Assembly (NCBI RefSeq): GCF_004010195.1
Contig: NC_057753.1
Coordinates: forward strand, 14,452,191-14,516,190
Length of the DNA: 64,000 nucleotides
Source: Chiloscyllium plagiosum
Taxonomy: Eukaryota
Direction: 5' to 3'
The notes below the pieces were generated by a model, which worked only from the letters and a program-made list of their open reading frames with translations, ran no database searches and had not been told where the DNA came from. Below, piece by piece: positions 36,435-49,455 of the stretch. A program made the position numbers and the translations under genes. The stretch's first letter is position 1, and every line of letters begins with the position of its first letter.

Positions 36435-39400
36435 CCTTCTCACCACCAGCCAAGCCATGTCTCGGTGCTTGTTGGAAAGTTCTGGCGATGAGGCATTCTG
36501 CCAAATGGCTTTGACAGTCTGCTCAGGGAACCGCTCAATAGGATCTGCCGTCTCGTTTTCCCGAAGGGTGCCTATGACACTACGTGCTGACCACTTCCTG
36601 ATGGACTTGTGATCAAAGGTGTTTTTCTTCATAAATTTCTCCACGAAGGACAGGTGATACGGAACGGTCTGTGTTCTGCGGCAGCGAGGCCAGGCACATC
36701 CTTCGCTACACCGGGAACAGGTAGAACCTCAGTACGTAGTGACACTTGGTGTTTGCGTACTGGGGATCCATACACAGCTTGATGCAGCCACACACAATGG
36801 TGGCCATCAGGGTGAGGGTGACATTGGGTGCGTTTATTCCCCCATTGCCCAGATCTTTATACATCGAGTCCCTTTGGACCCGGTTCATCTTTGATCTCCA
36901 TATAAATTGGAAGATGGCCCGGGTGACTGCAGCAGCACAGATTCTGGGAATAGGCCAGACCTGCGCCATGTATAACAGCAATGAGCGACTGTAGCTTCCA
37001 TCTGCCCAGTTTCTGCCTCACTTTGCTGATACGCTCCTCCCAAGACTTGGCGTACGCCCCAGACCTCCCCCCCCCCCCCCCACCCGCCCCGAACCAAATA
37101 CCCAGCACCTTCAGGTGGTCGGTCCTGATGATGAAGGGGATCGAGGATTGGTCGGCCCAGTTCCCGAAGAGCATAGGCTCGCTCTTGCCTCGGTTTGCTT
37201 TGGCCCCCGAGGCCCGTTTGAACTGGTCACATATGCACATGATTCTGTGCACGGACAGCGGATCCGAGCAGAAAACGGCAACGTCATCTATGTACAGGGA
37301 GGCCTTGACTTGTAGGGCCCTGCTGCCAGGAATAGTGACCTCTCTCAGGCTCGCATCCTTCCTGATGGACTCGGCAAGTGGCTCTACGCAGCACATAAAC
37401 AAGGCAGGAGAGAGAGGGCAGCCCTGCCTGACTCCAGATCTGACTGGGAAGCTGTCTGATTCACACCCATTGATTGAGACTGTACTGGCAATGTTGGTGT
37501 AGAGCAATCTGATCCAATTGCAGATTCCCTCCCCAAAGCCCATTTTGGAGAGAACATCTCTCATATACGTGTGTGATATCCTGTCAAATGCTTTCTCCTG
37601 GTCCAGGCTGATCAGGCAGGTGCCCAACCCTCTGTCCTGCACACAGGCGATCATATCCCTGAGGAGTGCGAGACTCTCAGTGATCTTCCTGCCCGGTACA
37701 GCACAGCTTTGGTCAGGGTAAGTCACTGACCCCAGAGCAGACCTGACCCAGTTGGCGATAACCTTTGACAGAATTTTGTAATCCACATTCAACAGTGGGA
37801 TGGGTCTCCAGTTTTTGAGTTCCTCCCTCTCCCCCTTCCGCTTGTAGATGAGGGTAATGATGCCGTTCCTCATGGATTCACTCATGGTACCTGCCCGAAG
37901 CATACTGACATACGCCTCCAGCAGGTCCTGGCCAATCAAGTCCCACAGAGCAGAATAGAGCTCGACCAGTAAGCCGTCACTTCCGGGAGTTTTATTCTTT
38001 TCGAAGGACTCGAGGGCCTTGGTTAGCTCGTCCAGAGATAGCGGCTGCTCCAGCCTCTCCCGTGTTCTGTCGTCTAAGACCTCCGTTGTAGAGGACAGGA
38101 ACAACTGGGAGGCCGCGCTGTCGGTCGGCTTCGCGTCATACAGACTGGCATAGAAGGATTTACTGATTCTCATGACGTCAGCCTGAGATGACATTATCGA
38201 GCCATCTTCTTCCTTCAGGCTGCTGAGCATGGAGCTCTCTTTGTGCACCTTCTGGAAGAAGAAACGTGAGCACGTCTCGTCCTGCTCCACCGAGCGGACC
38301 CCAGACCAGAAGATTATCTTGGAGGCCTCCGAGGCAAAGAGCGAGGCTTGCTGGCCCTTCACCTCCTTGTGGTCCTCGGTGACATCGACCCCAATCGTCT
38401 GCAGCAGGAGCATGTTCTGCATACCTTCCTGGAGCTGGGACAGTTTTCTCCGTCTCTCTCTCTCACCTCCTGAACACCTTTGAGGATGAAGGACCTCTTG
38501 ATGTTCCCTTTTACTATTTCCCACCAGTCCACATGGGACTCAAAGAGGGGCTTCACGGTTCTCCAACCTGAGTAGTCCCTCTTGAGCTCTACAATGTTTC
38601 TCGGGGTCAACAGCTTTGTGTTCAGCTTCCACGTTCCCTTACCAGCCCGCTGCTCGTCCTGTAGGTGACACAGTCGGCCAGCAGGAGGCAGTGGTCAGAG
38701 AAGAACACCGGCTTGACGTCGGTGTATCTGACCAAGAGATTTCGGGACACAAATAGGTAATCTATCCTTGAGCAGATAGACCCGTCTGCCCGTGACCAGG
38801 TGTATCTACGCTGCCTTCGGTCTGCAGGGATACTGAAGACATCGTGCAGCTTGGCATCTTTTACCGTTTCCATCAGGGCTCTGGACATGGCGTCCAGTTT
38901 ACTGTCCCTCCCGCCGAATCGCCCATCTGTATCAATGATACAGTTGAAGTCTCCGGCCAGAATGACCGGCCTGGACCTAGTCAGCAACAGTGGAAGCTGC
39001 TGCAGGACGGCCAACCGTTCCCTCTTCCCCACTGGGGCGTACGCATTAATCAGTCTCAGGCGAGCATTCCTGTACATGACGTCGGTGACGAGGAGGCGCC
39101 CGCCCACCACCTCCTTAACCTCGGAGATGGTGAAGTTGCCTCCTCGCAACAGGATACCCAGGCCGGAGGCACGGCTATCGTTGCCCCTCGACCAAACTGA
39201 TGGCCCATGAGCCCACAAGCTCGACCATCTCCTGTCGCTGCTGAGGTGTGGTATCCCACACTCCTGCAGAAACAGGACATCGGCTTTAACGTTGGCCAGG
39301 AAGGCCATCGTAGAAACACATCACGTAGCCGATTTGATGCCAAGCACATTGATGCTGGCAAATCTTATCCCCATTTTAACAGTTTATGAGGTTACCAGTG

Positions 39401-40906
39401 TCCATTTGCTGCTGGTCTTGCCTCTCCGGGGTAGCTGTGTGCATCCCCGTGGTGATGGCAAACTGCTGGACCCTCCCAGGGCTGAGGTAGCTGTCCGGCT
39501 CCAGTTGGAGCCGTTTCCCCGCTCTGGTGTCTTCGCGTTGGGCCCTGGGTCCGCACAGCCCAGTTCTCTGTATGACAGCGGGGCTGTTACAGAACCGCTG
39601 CTCCCAGTTACCTGGAGCTGTCGGCCGGTGGGTACGCCTTAGATCTCACTGTGTGGGGACTAGTCTTTACCCATCCCCTCAGAGGGATCGTCTTTTCCTG
39701 CTTGGGCGGTGCTGCCCTCCTTTTTCCCCACGGCGCTTTGTCTCTTCCTCTGGTGACGACCCTCCTTGTGCCCGTCCTCACCGTCGGAAGACCTGCCTGT
39801 ATCCTCGTCGTGTAGGTGTCGTTTCCCCCTTTGCTATGTGGCTTTGGGAGGTTTCCTCTTCCTGCTTTTGACAGTAATCCAATCCTCTGCCTCCTTTGTT
39901 CCCTCCTCTTCCATTTCCTCCGTCTGTCTTGAAGGAGCTTGGATCGGCTGCTGCACCTCCCCGCTGTCTGCCGTCTCATCCATTCCAGCCTGCCCTTTCT
40001 TCTGGGTGTCCCCAGACACTGATCCCATGCTGTTTCGTGGTACCTTTCTGGTCTTATACGGTCCACGGCTCGTGTTGCCACCTCTGGCCATCTGTGCATA
40101 GGTGGTGGCCCTCGTCTTGGGCAGGCCTTGTACATGTGGCCCGCCTCTCCGCACAGATTACAGTTCTTGGCCTCTTTACATTCCTTGGTCGGGTGGCCTT
40201 CCTGCTTGCAGTTTCGACAGACGGTCATCTTCCAATCCGCCGCCATGTGGCCTGACCTCCCGCAGGTTCGGCACACTTTTGGCTGCCCTGTATGTCAGGT
40301 AACCTCTGCTTCCTCCGATGGCAAAGCTGGAGGATGGGTGGAGGATGTTCCCACTGGCATCGACCCTCAGGGTTACCCTGACCTGTCGTTTGCTGGTCCA
40401 GATCCAGAAAGGATCGTCCACATCAGTGCTTTCTCCCTTGACTTGGACGTATCCTCTCAGGTAGGTCAGGACATCTGCTGCTGGGACGTGGGGATTGTAC
40501 ATATGGATTGTAACAACCCAACTTCCCTGCGCAGGAAGAACACACAACAGGACCGCCAACAAGGTGGAGAACAGAGGTTCCCCTTCCTTTGCCTTATACA
40601 TGTCCGCTGCTGCAAACCCACAACATCCCAACAGTACCTTCTTGATGAACAGGGTCCGATCGACCTGTGTACGATCCTCCACCTTCTTCACCTGTTTGAA
40701 AACCCCCTGTCCGGGGCTGCGGGCGGCTGCTGAGGCCATAGCTCTGAGGTTGGCTGGTACCTGAATTGGTGTTAGGCCGAAGCCAGCATGAAGATCCACC
40801 AAGAGCAGGTCAGCACAACCAAACGACCCTCCAACGTCCAATCACGTTCCAGCGACGATCTCAACGCTCTCGACTGGCTCTAACAACTCGCCACTCGTCA
40901 CCTGTT

Positions 40907-40998
40907 CTGATAAGAACAAGCACTTGATCTTTGCCAAAAGGCCTAGAAGCGATTTAAACTGATAAGTAAACATATTCGGAGCGAAAAGGCCGAGAAGC
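40907..40998 (-). pseudogene. RNU2: Two tandem U2 snRNA 5' fragments at the 5' end of the Tx1 element
   Basis: Minus strand gcttctcggccttttcgct..cttatcagtttaa then atcgcttctaggccttttggcaaagatcaagtg-cttgttcttatcag, compared from memory with U2 ATCGCTTCTCGGCCTTTTGGCTAAGATCAAGTGTAGTATCTGTTCTTATCAGTTTAA. Confidence 0.85.
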
Positions 40999-42771
40999 TG
41001 GCGGCTCAGAGTTACTGCAGCTGTGACCAGACATACGGCAGCAACTGACAGCAGCATCCAATCTGACAGAACCGTCATAACGCATACACAGACAAATAAG
41101 ATCAGTGTGGTTATTAGAGAGCTGGCCCATGTGAAAATTACAGAATGGTTAATGTGGGGATCACAAAGATGATCAGACTGGGAAAAAAACAGGCATGGTG
41201 AAGGTGTGGATTACAGATTCTCCTAACCAAGTCCTCTCTGGACTTTATATGCTTCATTCAACCATGTGTATATCTTGCAACCTCCAGAAGATACAAGGCC
41301 AGGCTGCATAGTCTTCCATATCTATCTCAGACTTGTGCATATTTTGCACAAAATCTCTGTCGTAAACATTTCCACAGATTCTTCTCTATTTGAGAGAACA
41401 AATGTCTCCTCATTTTGATCTTAAACGTGTGCCTCCTTATTCTGAGCTTATGCCACTGCTCCTGGATTCTTCCACGGTACAACAAGCTTTCTGTGTTGAT
41501 TCTGTCAATTTTTCATTTCACACCACTACAGCATACGACAGTTGAATGTGAGCCTGCTGACACAAATCGGGAAACTACCACACTGTCACAAGATCTCTCC
41601 ATGCTGCTGGCATATATGCAGATGAATTATGCAGACATTGATAAGCAGAAAGTATGTTTAATCCTATTGATCCATTTGCAGAACTCCAGATCTGCATTAA
41701 CACAAACGAATTATGTGCTATGTTAGTGGGATTCGGACAGGAATGCTTTCACACTTTAACATGCTGGAGTGAAAATGGATTGCCGTTATTGGACACGAAC
41801 AAATCAAGAAACTGAGCAAGTGTTTCAGCATTAGGAAGACAGCTGACGTACAACCTGCCATGTAATGGGATCTAACTTTGATTCTGTTTTAAGGATTCGC
41901 TCCATCACATTGTGAGATCTGTCTGTTGTGCACAATGCAGCCTTGATCCAAAAATTAACCTTGAACAAACGCATCCCCTAATCAACCTGTGGATTGTTAC
42001 TCCGAGAAACTGACATGAGAGATGTGGAAAGATCGGTCCGGAGTGACAGGCGTGTATAACAAGAGAAACAGTGGACAAAACAAATGTTAAAATGTCTCCA
42101 GTGAATTTATGAATGTCAGCTGTACATAGGAGTTGAGATCAACAAAAACTGCACATTGTCGCCATGTGGGCGCGTTGTTGATGCTGTCAGTTTGAATTGT
42201 ACTGCAAGTTGCTGATCTGTAGTGTATGTTACTCTCTGATTGAACCATTGATTGGTTTGACGACTCTCTTGTACAGTAACGGGCATCCATCAACAGAGGG
42301 TGGCATTATATCTAGATGAAGGGAAGGTCATGAAGCGAGGGAAAAGATTTAGTTTTTTTTTAAATCTAGTCATTCACAATCACTCCTCTAATCAATTTAT
42401 CTCAAAAATGCGCCAGTCTGCAGCTTATGTGCTGACATTAGATCCGTGATGAAACGCTCCAGATTAACGTTTCTAAATTTTGAGCATGTTTCCCATCAGG
42501 CAATAAGACAGACAGAACAATACACAGCACAACCGTTGAAACACTCACATAAAGGTATCAAATCAAACATACACAACGAAACGTTCTTATACACAAATAC
42601 ATATTTGCACTAACACGTGAAAACTCAGATAAATGAATACCAGGGATTGGTGGTTGGAATCAACGTCCAGTTTCCCTACTGGGAAGTCCAATGTGCTTCT
42701 AGGGAGCTGGAAGCTTGCACTCTTATCTCCTCTCATCAGTTCGTCAACCGGGATTTGAATTCGTGTTCGCG

Positions 42772-43092
42772 AGCTCCTGTCCAAAGAAACGATCACGCAT
42801 TCTTCTCTGGTACTGCCAGCTGTGAAGTGCACGTCGTTGAGAATGAAACGCAGCACCTCTACCTTGCTCAGCTTCATGAAGTGGGGCGGTAGCGTGGCAA
42901 ACGACGATCACACCTTCTGATTGTTGCCTTGGGCAGCCTAGTCAGAACAGGGAGGAATCTTACCACTCTTCACAGGGAAGAGAAATGCAACACTTCATCC
43001 ATCAGCGACATCAGGAGTAAGGCTCTCAATATTTATCTCTGCCCAGTGATCTTCACCACCATGCAACCCAATAAGCAAACAATACAGAAACA
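42772..43092 (+). pseudogene. Decayed TRAV-like V segment (relic R5, paralog of R1)
   Basis: ELLSKETITHSSLVLPAVK..STSTLLSFMKW../..LLIVALGSLVRTGRNLTTLHREEKCNTSSISDIRSKALNIYLCPV; caccacc + 23 nt + acagaaaca. Confidence 0.7.
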
Positions 43093-44364
43093 CCTAGGAG
43101 ATAGGAATCTTACCGACAGCCTCGCCATCTCAAGCACAACAACCCTGCAGAAGAGCAGCAAGAACAGAATGAACATGCATTTTGCGGAGCTCCCACGTCC
43201 AATTCAGAAATGTTGCATCAGTATTAATTGGTGAGAACTTATATTGTTTCTATTTCCAAATCATTCTGAAAGATGATATTATTAATCTCTAGATCAGCTA
43301 AGTAGAGAAACCGGGAAGATTTTACCCAAAGGGATGCACACTACCATTGCATATCAGTACCCCGTCTGAATGTTAAGTGTGACTCCCCTTCTTCCATTTC
43401 ATTTGGGACAATGAGGAATAACCAATGTTAATCGCACATCCATCGACATGTCCTATTGACAAGAATACAACATCAAATTGAACAGCAGCGCTCTGCTTTA
43501 TGATGCAAAGCAGACCAGAGGAGGAAGTGATTTTGTTAAACTTCCATCACACACTTAATGAAAAGCAAAATCACGGGACCTCTCGTATACCATATTAGTT
43601 AAAACGAGAGAAAGATATAGGAATGAGTAATGAGAGTAATCTCCGTAAAATTGCAGCTGAAAAGAAGTCTCAAAAAATTGAGATGAAAGACCCCGTGGTG
43701 TAACTGGTTTCTTTTTTTACGTATGATACCGCCAATCAAACTGAGGCTAGAGAGGGATTTTGATTCACGTTCTGGGATTGTTATTGATTAATAAATTGTT
43801 GCATATTTCACTTAAACAGGCCCACATAACAACACAGAGAGAGAGAGAGAAAGAGAGATGGTTGCAATGGTGTGTACTCAATAGATACAGTTCAATGTGA
43901 TCACATCGATGATGGGAAAACAGATACACTATTCTGGCAATACAATCAAATCAGCATCACCAGCCTTTCGAATAACTTGTCTTCAATAATCTGTGGTCGT
44001 GTCGCTAGATGTTTCTCCTTACTCGCATGTAAGCGCAGTTAGGGGGAGGGTGTTTGTGTGAGTGCTGAGTCTGTGAAACTTGGAAACTGAGATCTTTCTC
44101 CCAGCGGACCGTCTACAAACCACATGACAGGAAATTGTTAACCATGGGGCTTGCAGTTGAGTGTTCAGACATGACTCTCTTCCGTATACTGTGTGAGTGT
44201 TTGGAGTCTTCAGCTTATTTTCTCAGAAGCTCCAGGAAGCCATTGTGTAACAGCCCGATCGAGGTTATTTTGGTTTCCTCTTGGTGCAAGTTTAAACAGT
44301 ACGTTACAACAGCCCAGGATCAGACCAACTCCAACCAACAGAGAGCCAATTTATGGTTCAAGGA

Positions 44365-44403
44365 AGTTTTTGTACAGGGGCAAGACTGTTTCTCATCATT
44401 GTG
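44365..44403 (-). other. 23-RSS of V7
   Basis: CACAATG - 23 bp - ACAAAAACT. Confidence 0.9.
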
Positions 44404-44859
44404 TCATCCAATAAAGCACAGTAATACATGGCAGTGTCAGAGAGCTGCAGCCCGCTTATAGTCAAACTGGTGAATTTCTTTGAGGTCTGAAGTTCTGCAG
44501 AGAAACGATCTTCCGCGAAACTTGCTTTACTTTCAGAACCATCGCTATACTTCCACAGAATAAATTCCGGCTGGGTGTCTCGGCGTTGCTGGTACCAATA
44601 AAATGTATAGTAACTCACTGTAGTTTCATAGGTACAGCTTAGAGTCACCTCATCTCCTTTTGTCCGAACAACCGAGGGGAGTGACTGAGTGACGGAATCT
44701 CCATGACTCAGATCTGAAAGGTAAAACAGAAATCAATTGCAAACTATCAGGTTGGTGTCAATTTAAACCATGAGTTGATAAAGAAATGTGCAATGCATTT
44801 CCTTCGCTGTTACCTGTTAATATTGCTACCAATAGAAACAAAATGCTGAGTGGCCTCAT
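44404..44859 (-). CDS. TRAV/DV: TCR alpha/delta V segment V7, apparently functional (leader 44814-44859, V exon 44404-44713)
   Basis: Leader MRPLSILFLLVAILT, GTAACA donor, TTCAG acceptor, open V DSVTQ..TLSCTY..WYQQ..YYCALLD. Confidence 0.9.
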
Positions 44860-45584
44860 TGTCGCTGTCCTCTGCGTAATATGGTAGTCGGGTATTTGAA
44901 GACATCCATTATATAAACCCCGCCCATGGGAAGAAATAGTCCTGTTATTGCTGATTCCCACCTCACTGCCTTGTGTGGGCGGTGATGCTCTGTGGGCGGA
45001 ACGAAGACAGCAGACTCTCAGAAAAATGATACACCCAAGCTGCGCACAGTCAATGAAACACTGAGAATTCTGAAAGATTGACTTCCATCTATAATATAAT
45101 CACTGTACCAGTTACACACAATGCTCATATTCTTTCACTGATTTAATTCTAAATTCATGCCAGTTTATTCTTATTCAGTTAGCGGGAGCGGGAGAGGGAA
45201 GTCATTACCTGATGTTACACCCAGAATTTCCAACATTCACGTAAGTCCTGTGGAACCACAAACTGTTCACTCAAATATAATCCTTCTGATCCCACCTTCT
45301 ACATGAATGGAACCAATCTCAGTCTTATCCAGCGTCATCTCCATTCTGACTTTTGCCAAATTTGCCTTTATTCTGCTCTTCAGTTGTTATTCTCTGTTCT
45401 CTGTCCTCAGCCTCAACATGGCCAATCTGTGCTTCTGTTACTCCCTCTCAGCATTCTCCACTGAGCTCAGTCTAACCATTCTTATTCCTTCTGTGGGTGC
45501 TTTCTAACTAACTGAACATGCTGACCTCACAGCACGTTACCCGATATGTGTCTGAATAATTTTGCAGTAACTATTTCAGTTCGG

Positions 45585-45587
<3 letters not shown>

Positions 45588-45646
<59 letters not shown>
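45588..45646. repeat. (GT)n microsatellite
   Basis: Perfect dinucleotide run. Confidence 0.95.
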
Positions 45647-47907
45647 TGTGCTCAATTGTCTCTCTGGGTGATGGGAGATTTATCTTCATGCTTTGACGGG
45701 GTCATAACCATTTTGTGCTGCACTTCAACTTGTCTTGAAGTAATAATGTGCCACCCTGTACTGGCGGCGTGACGTTTCTACAACCAAAAACCAAAATCGC
45801 CAGGAAATCACTCAGAGGGCAGCACCAGCAGACAGCAGCATTCAATCTGATCGCACCATCAGCACACACAAACAATCGCACGGTACAATACACAGAGAGA
45901 GGAAAAGTGACGTTATAACAGTTAGCCAGTGTGAAGATTTAAGAGAAATCACTTTGGGGATTACAGAGATAGTTACTATAGAGAAAACAGGCATGTTCAG
46001 GGCATGAATTACAGAACTTCAAATCAAGTCTTGTAAGGATCTCTTACTATTTCTGATCAAACACATCTGACTCTTGGAATCTCCCGAGAGCACAAGCCAA
46101 TGCTATCTAGTCTTTCAACGTTTATCTCAGCCTTGAGCATATTTGGCTCCCAGGTTCTGTGGCAAATCATTCAACAGATTATTTTCCCTCTGAGAAAAGA
46201 AATGCCTCCTCACCTCGAGCTTCGATGTGTGATTACTTCCTCTCACATTACATCATCTGCTCCTACATCCGCCATCAGAGCGAAACAACTTTGCCACGTC
46301 TGCTCTGTTACGTTGTTATTCCATACCTCTCAAACATGTGGGACTGGAAGTTGTTCCTCAAGAATCAGAGTAGGATGCCACCATCCCGCTTATATGCAAC
46401 TCGCTTTTGCACTGACGAAATTTCCGATGTTGATAAATACAAAGGATGTTTGCACACATTCATTCCCCTTCAGACCTTCAGCCGTGTAACAATGCAATGT
46501 ATTTTTCTGTTAAATGAGTGGGGTTGTAATTCCACATTTTAGAGTGCAGGAGTGGAGATGAATGTCTGGTCTGCTAATCGTCATGAACAAATTAGGAAAT
46601 TAAGCAGGACTTCCAGCATTTGGAAACACATGAAATACAACACGCTCTTGAAGAGAATCTAAGTTTGAGTTCGTTTTAAGAATCAGACACACTACATTTT
46701 GAAGTCTATCCATTGTGTACAAACTGTCTCGAATCCAGAAATTCACTCTGAATAAATAGAATTTCTTAATAAACTGGGAATTGTCTTGCTGGGAAACTGG
46801 CATGAGAGATTTAGAAAGGGCTGTTCAGAATGACAGGCGGGTGAACATAGGGTAGTGAAGGAAAAAATGAATCATTAGAATATCGCCAGTGAATTTATGA
46901 ATGTCGGCTAGACATGCGAAGGCTGTGAGTTGATGATGCTGTCAGTTAGAATAGTGCTGTGTGTTGCTGTTCCTCCTTCTGATTAAATTTCTGCATAGTT
47001 TGAACTTTCTTTTGTGCACTCTTGGGCATGCACCTGGAAGGGTCAACGTTGTTTGCGTTGAACAGAAGGGGGCGAAACACAGAATGATCTTTTTGATCAA
47101 TTCATTCATTATCATGCCTGCAGTCAACATATGCCACAAAGCAACAGCCAGTTGCTTCTGTGCGAACATTAGATCCGTGAGAGAACTGTCCAGGTGAACG
47201 TTTCTGATATTTTGAACATTTTCCCATCAAACATTAAGGCAGACCGAATAATATATAGTACAGCACATCGAAACACACTCGTAAAGAACTCAAACAAATA
47301 TGCACAACAAAACTTTCATGCAGACATATGATGCACACACTTTAGCACTTGCAGCTAAATGCATAGATGGAAACCGATGATGCACCAGTTCGTCGGCTAC
47401 TGATTACTGTGTGTAGTTGGAAATATCACAACTACACACAGCATTTCCTGCTGTCTCCTGATGTGTACCATAAGAAGGGGAATTGGTGTTTCTTTTGGAT
47501 TTGGACATCCATCAATAGGACATTAATCTGGAGTTGTGATTAGCATTGATTATACTCAAGCTGAATGCAATCACCCCAAGTGTTTCGAATCACGTCCCTT
47601 ATCTTCGTGGGACCTACACAAATCTTGATTTTGCGATAATATTATTGTGACTGAGTTTTGAAAGCTACTGTTAATTATTGAGAAAAGTGGTAAGCAAAAT
47701 GAAATCAGCAGCACCGACCAAACGAGCCACTATTTCCACCTGTAAGAATAAGAGCGGAAAAAAACATCTTGCAATATCTCCTCCAAGTCACTCAGAAGAA
47801 TCCAGAATTGGAAATGCATCACCCTTTCTTCAGTGTCTCTGGATCAATATTCTACCTTCGCCACCTATCTCCCCGCCAAATGATACAGCCACGTGAAAGG
47901 ACAGTTT

Positions 47908-48217
47908 TAGATTAGATTACCTCTGTGTGGAAACAGGCCCTTCAGCCGAACATGTCCAGACTGACCCTCCGAAGAGCAACCCACCCATTCCCCTACATTT
48001 ACCCCTGAAAAATCCACCTACCACTATGGGCAGTTTAGCATGGCCAATTCACCTGACCTGCATGTCTTTGGACTTTGAGAGGAAACTGGAGCACCCAGAG
48101 AAAACCGACGCAGGCACGGGGAAAATGTGCAAACTCCACACAGACAGTTGCCCGAGCCAGGAATTGAAACCGGGTCCCTGGCGCTGTGAGGCAGCAGTGC
48201 TAACCAATGAGCCACCG
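47908..48217 (-). mobile_element. HE1/V-SINE-type SINE, reverse orientation
   Basis: Reverse complement of the SINE head, core and tail; abuts a plus-strand SINE 3' half (48222-48380). Confidence 0.85.
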
Positions 48218-48389
48218 TTTCGTCCCACAGACCAAAGATGTGCAGGTCAGATGATTTGGCCGTGCTAAACTGCGCATAGTGTTAGGTGCATCATTCAGAC
48301 GGGAATGGGTTACTCTTCGGAGGGTTGGTGTGGACTTGTTGGGCTAAACGGCCTGTTTCCACACAGTAGGGAATCTAATCATTCTGCCT

Positions 48390-48618
48390 CTGGAAGCCTC
48401 GAACTAACTGCAGTACCGATACCTTGCTCAGATTTGTGCAATGGTTCGGTTGGTGTCACAGACAGGATATATTTTGGCAGCTTGTTCAGAGCAGGGAGGA
48501 TTCGGGTCATTCTTACCTGAAATGAAAATACAGCACTTTGACCATCAGAGACATTGGGAGAGAATGTGCTGCAGAGTACCCCTTCTATACAACCTAATCA
48601 GCCGCAAGTGCAGAAACC
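48390..48618 (+). pseudogene. Decayed TRAV-like V segment (relic R6, paralog of R2), 5' part lost
   Basis: NCSTDTLLRFVQWF..FGSLFRAGRIRVILT*..STLTIRDIGREC; nonamer-like gcagaaacc at 48610-48618. Confidence 0.6.
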
Positions 48619-49455
48619 CCGGTGGAGACAGTAGCAACAAGCGAATGCAAATGAATTTTTTGGAGTTCCCACGTGCAATGTTGAACTTCAGACGTTGCTG
48701 TGGCTTTGAGAAGTTGTTTTGTCCTGATTTCTTTTCAGAGAAACATTTAATAAGAGGTGCAGAGATGTCCAGCGAAGATTACTTGAGTAAATATCCGGGG
48801 AAGTCCTGGGTGGCTGGTTAACAGCATGAATGGTTATGACAAGCTCAAGAGGATCAGAAGTATTGGATTTTAGCGTTTCCGCAGTATCGGAAGTCGCTGG
48901 GGGTCACACCACAGTTGAAAGCGGCAGAAACGCCTCCTGGCTGCTACTCTCTCTAAATGTTCCCTTTTATCCCCTCCTGGATTGGAGAACTGCATGTGAG
49001 ACTTTTCTCTCTGAATTTGCTTTGTCTCCACAGGGTGCGTTTATGGTATGTTATTATATTGAAACTATATGAGTAATTGTCAATGCATCGATCATTCAGA
49101 TGAATTATCCAGTTGAGGTAAGTTATTCCAAACGCCTCTTTCTTGAATGCATTTTAATTGTAGCGTTTGAACAAATTGTCTTTTGCTTAATGTCGAGTAG
49201 TTGAATCAGTTGAATTGCAATCTGAAACACAACACATTACATCTGTCTTTAATACTGGAAAAAAATAGAGTCTGGACTAGCTGACTAAAATACTTTGAGA
49301 GGATCTGGTCTGATCTATACCAATTATTACATAAACCTGAATCTGTGAGAAGATAGAGTATATCAATTTTCTACACAACTTGTTCAGAGGTGTTCTACCT
49401 ACAACTGGACCAGGTGAGGCTAGAACTGGGATCTACTTGACACAAAGTGACAATA

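Larger units (their letters stand above)
35559..40998 (-). mobile_element. Near full-length Tx1-clade non-LTR retrotransposon (ORF1 ~40739-39390; ORF2 ~39374-35780, APE endonuclease + RT), several frameshifts
   Basis: ORF1 with CCHC knuckles; EN motifs LFLQE, AGDFNC, SRIDYLF, FSDHC; RT motifs NWRPIPLLNVDYKIL, SLDQEKAFD, GVRQGCPLSP, YIDDV; C-terminal CPRSGC..HLLLEC; A-rich tail. Confidence 0.92.
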
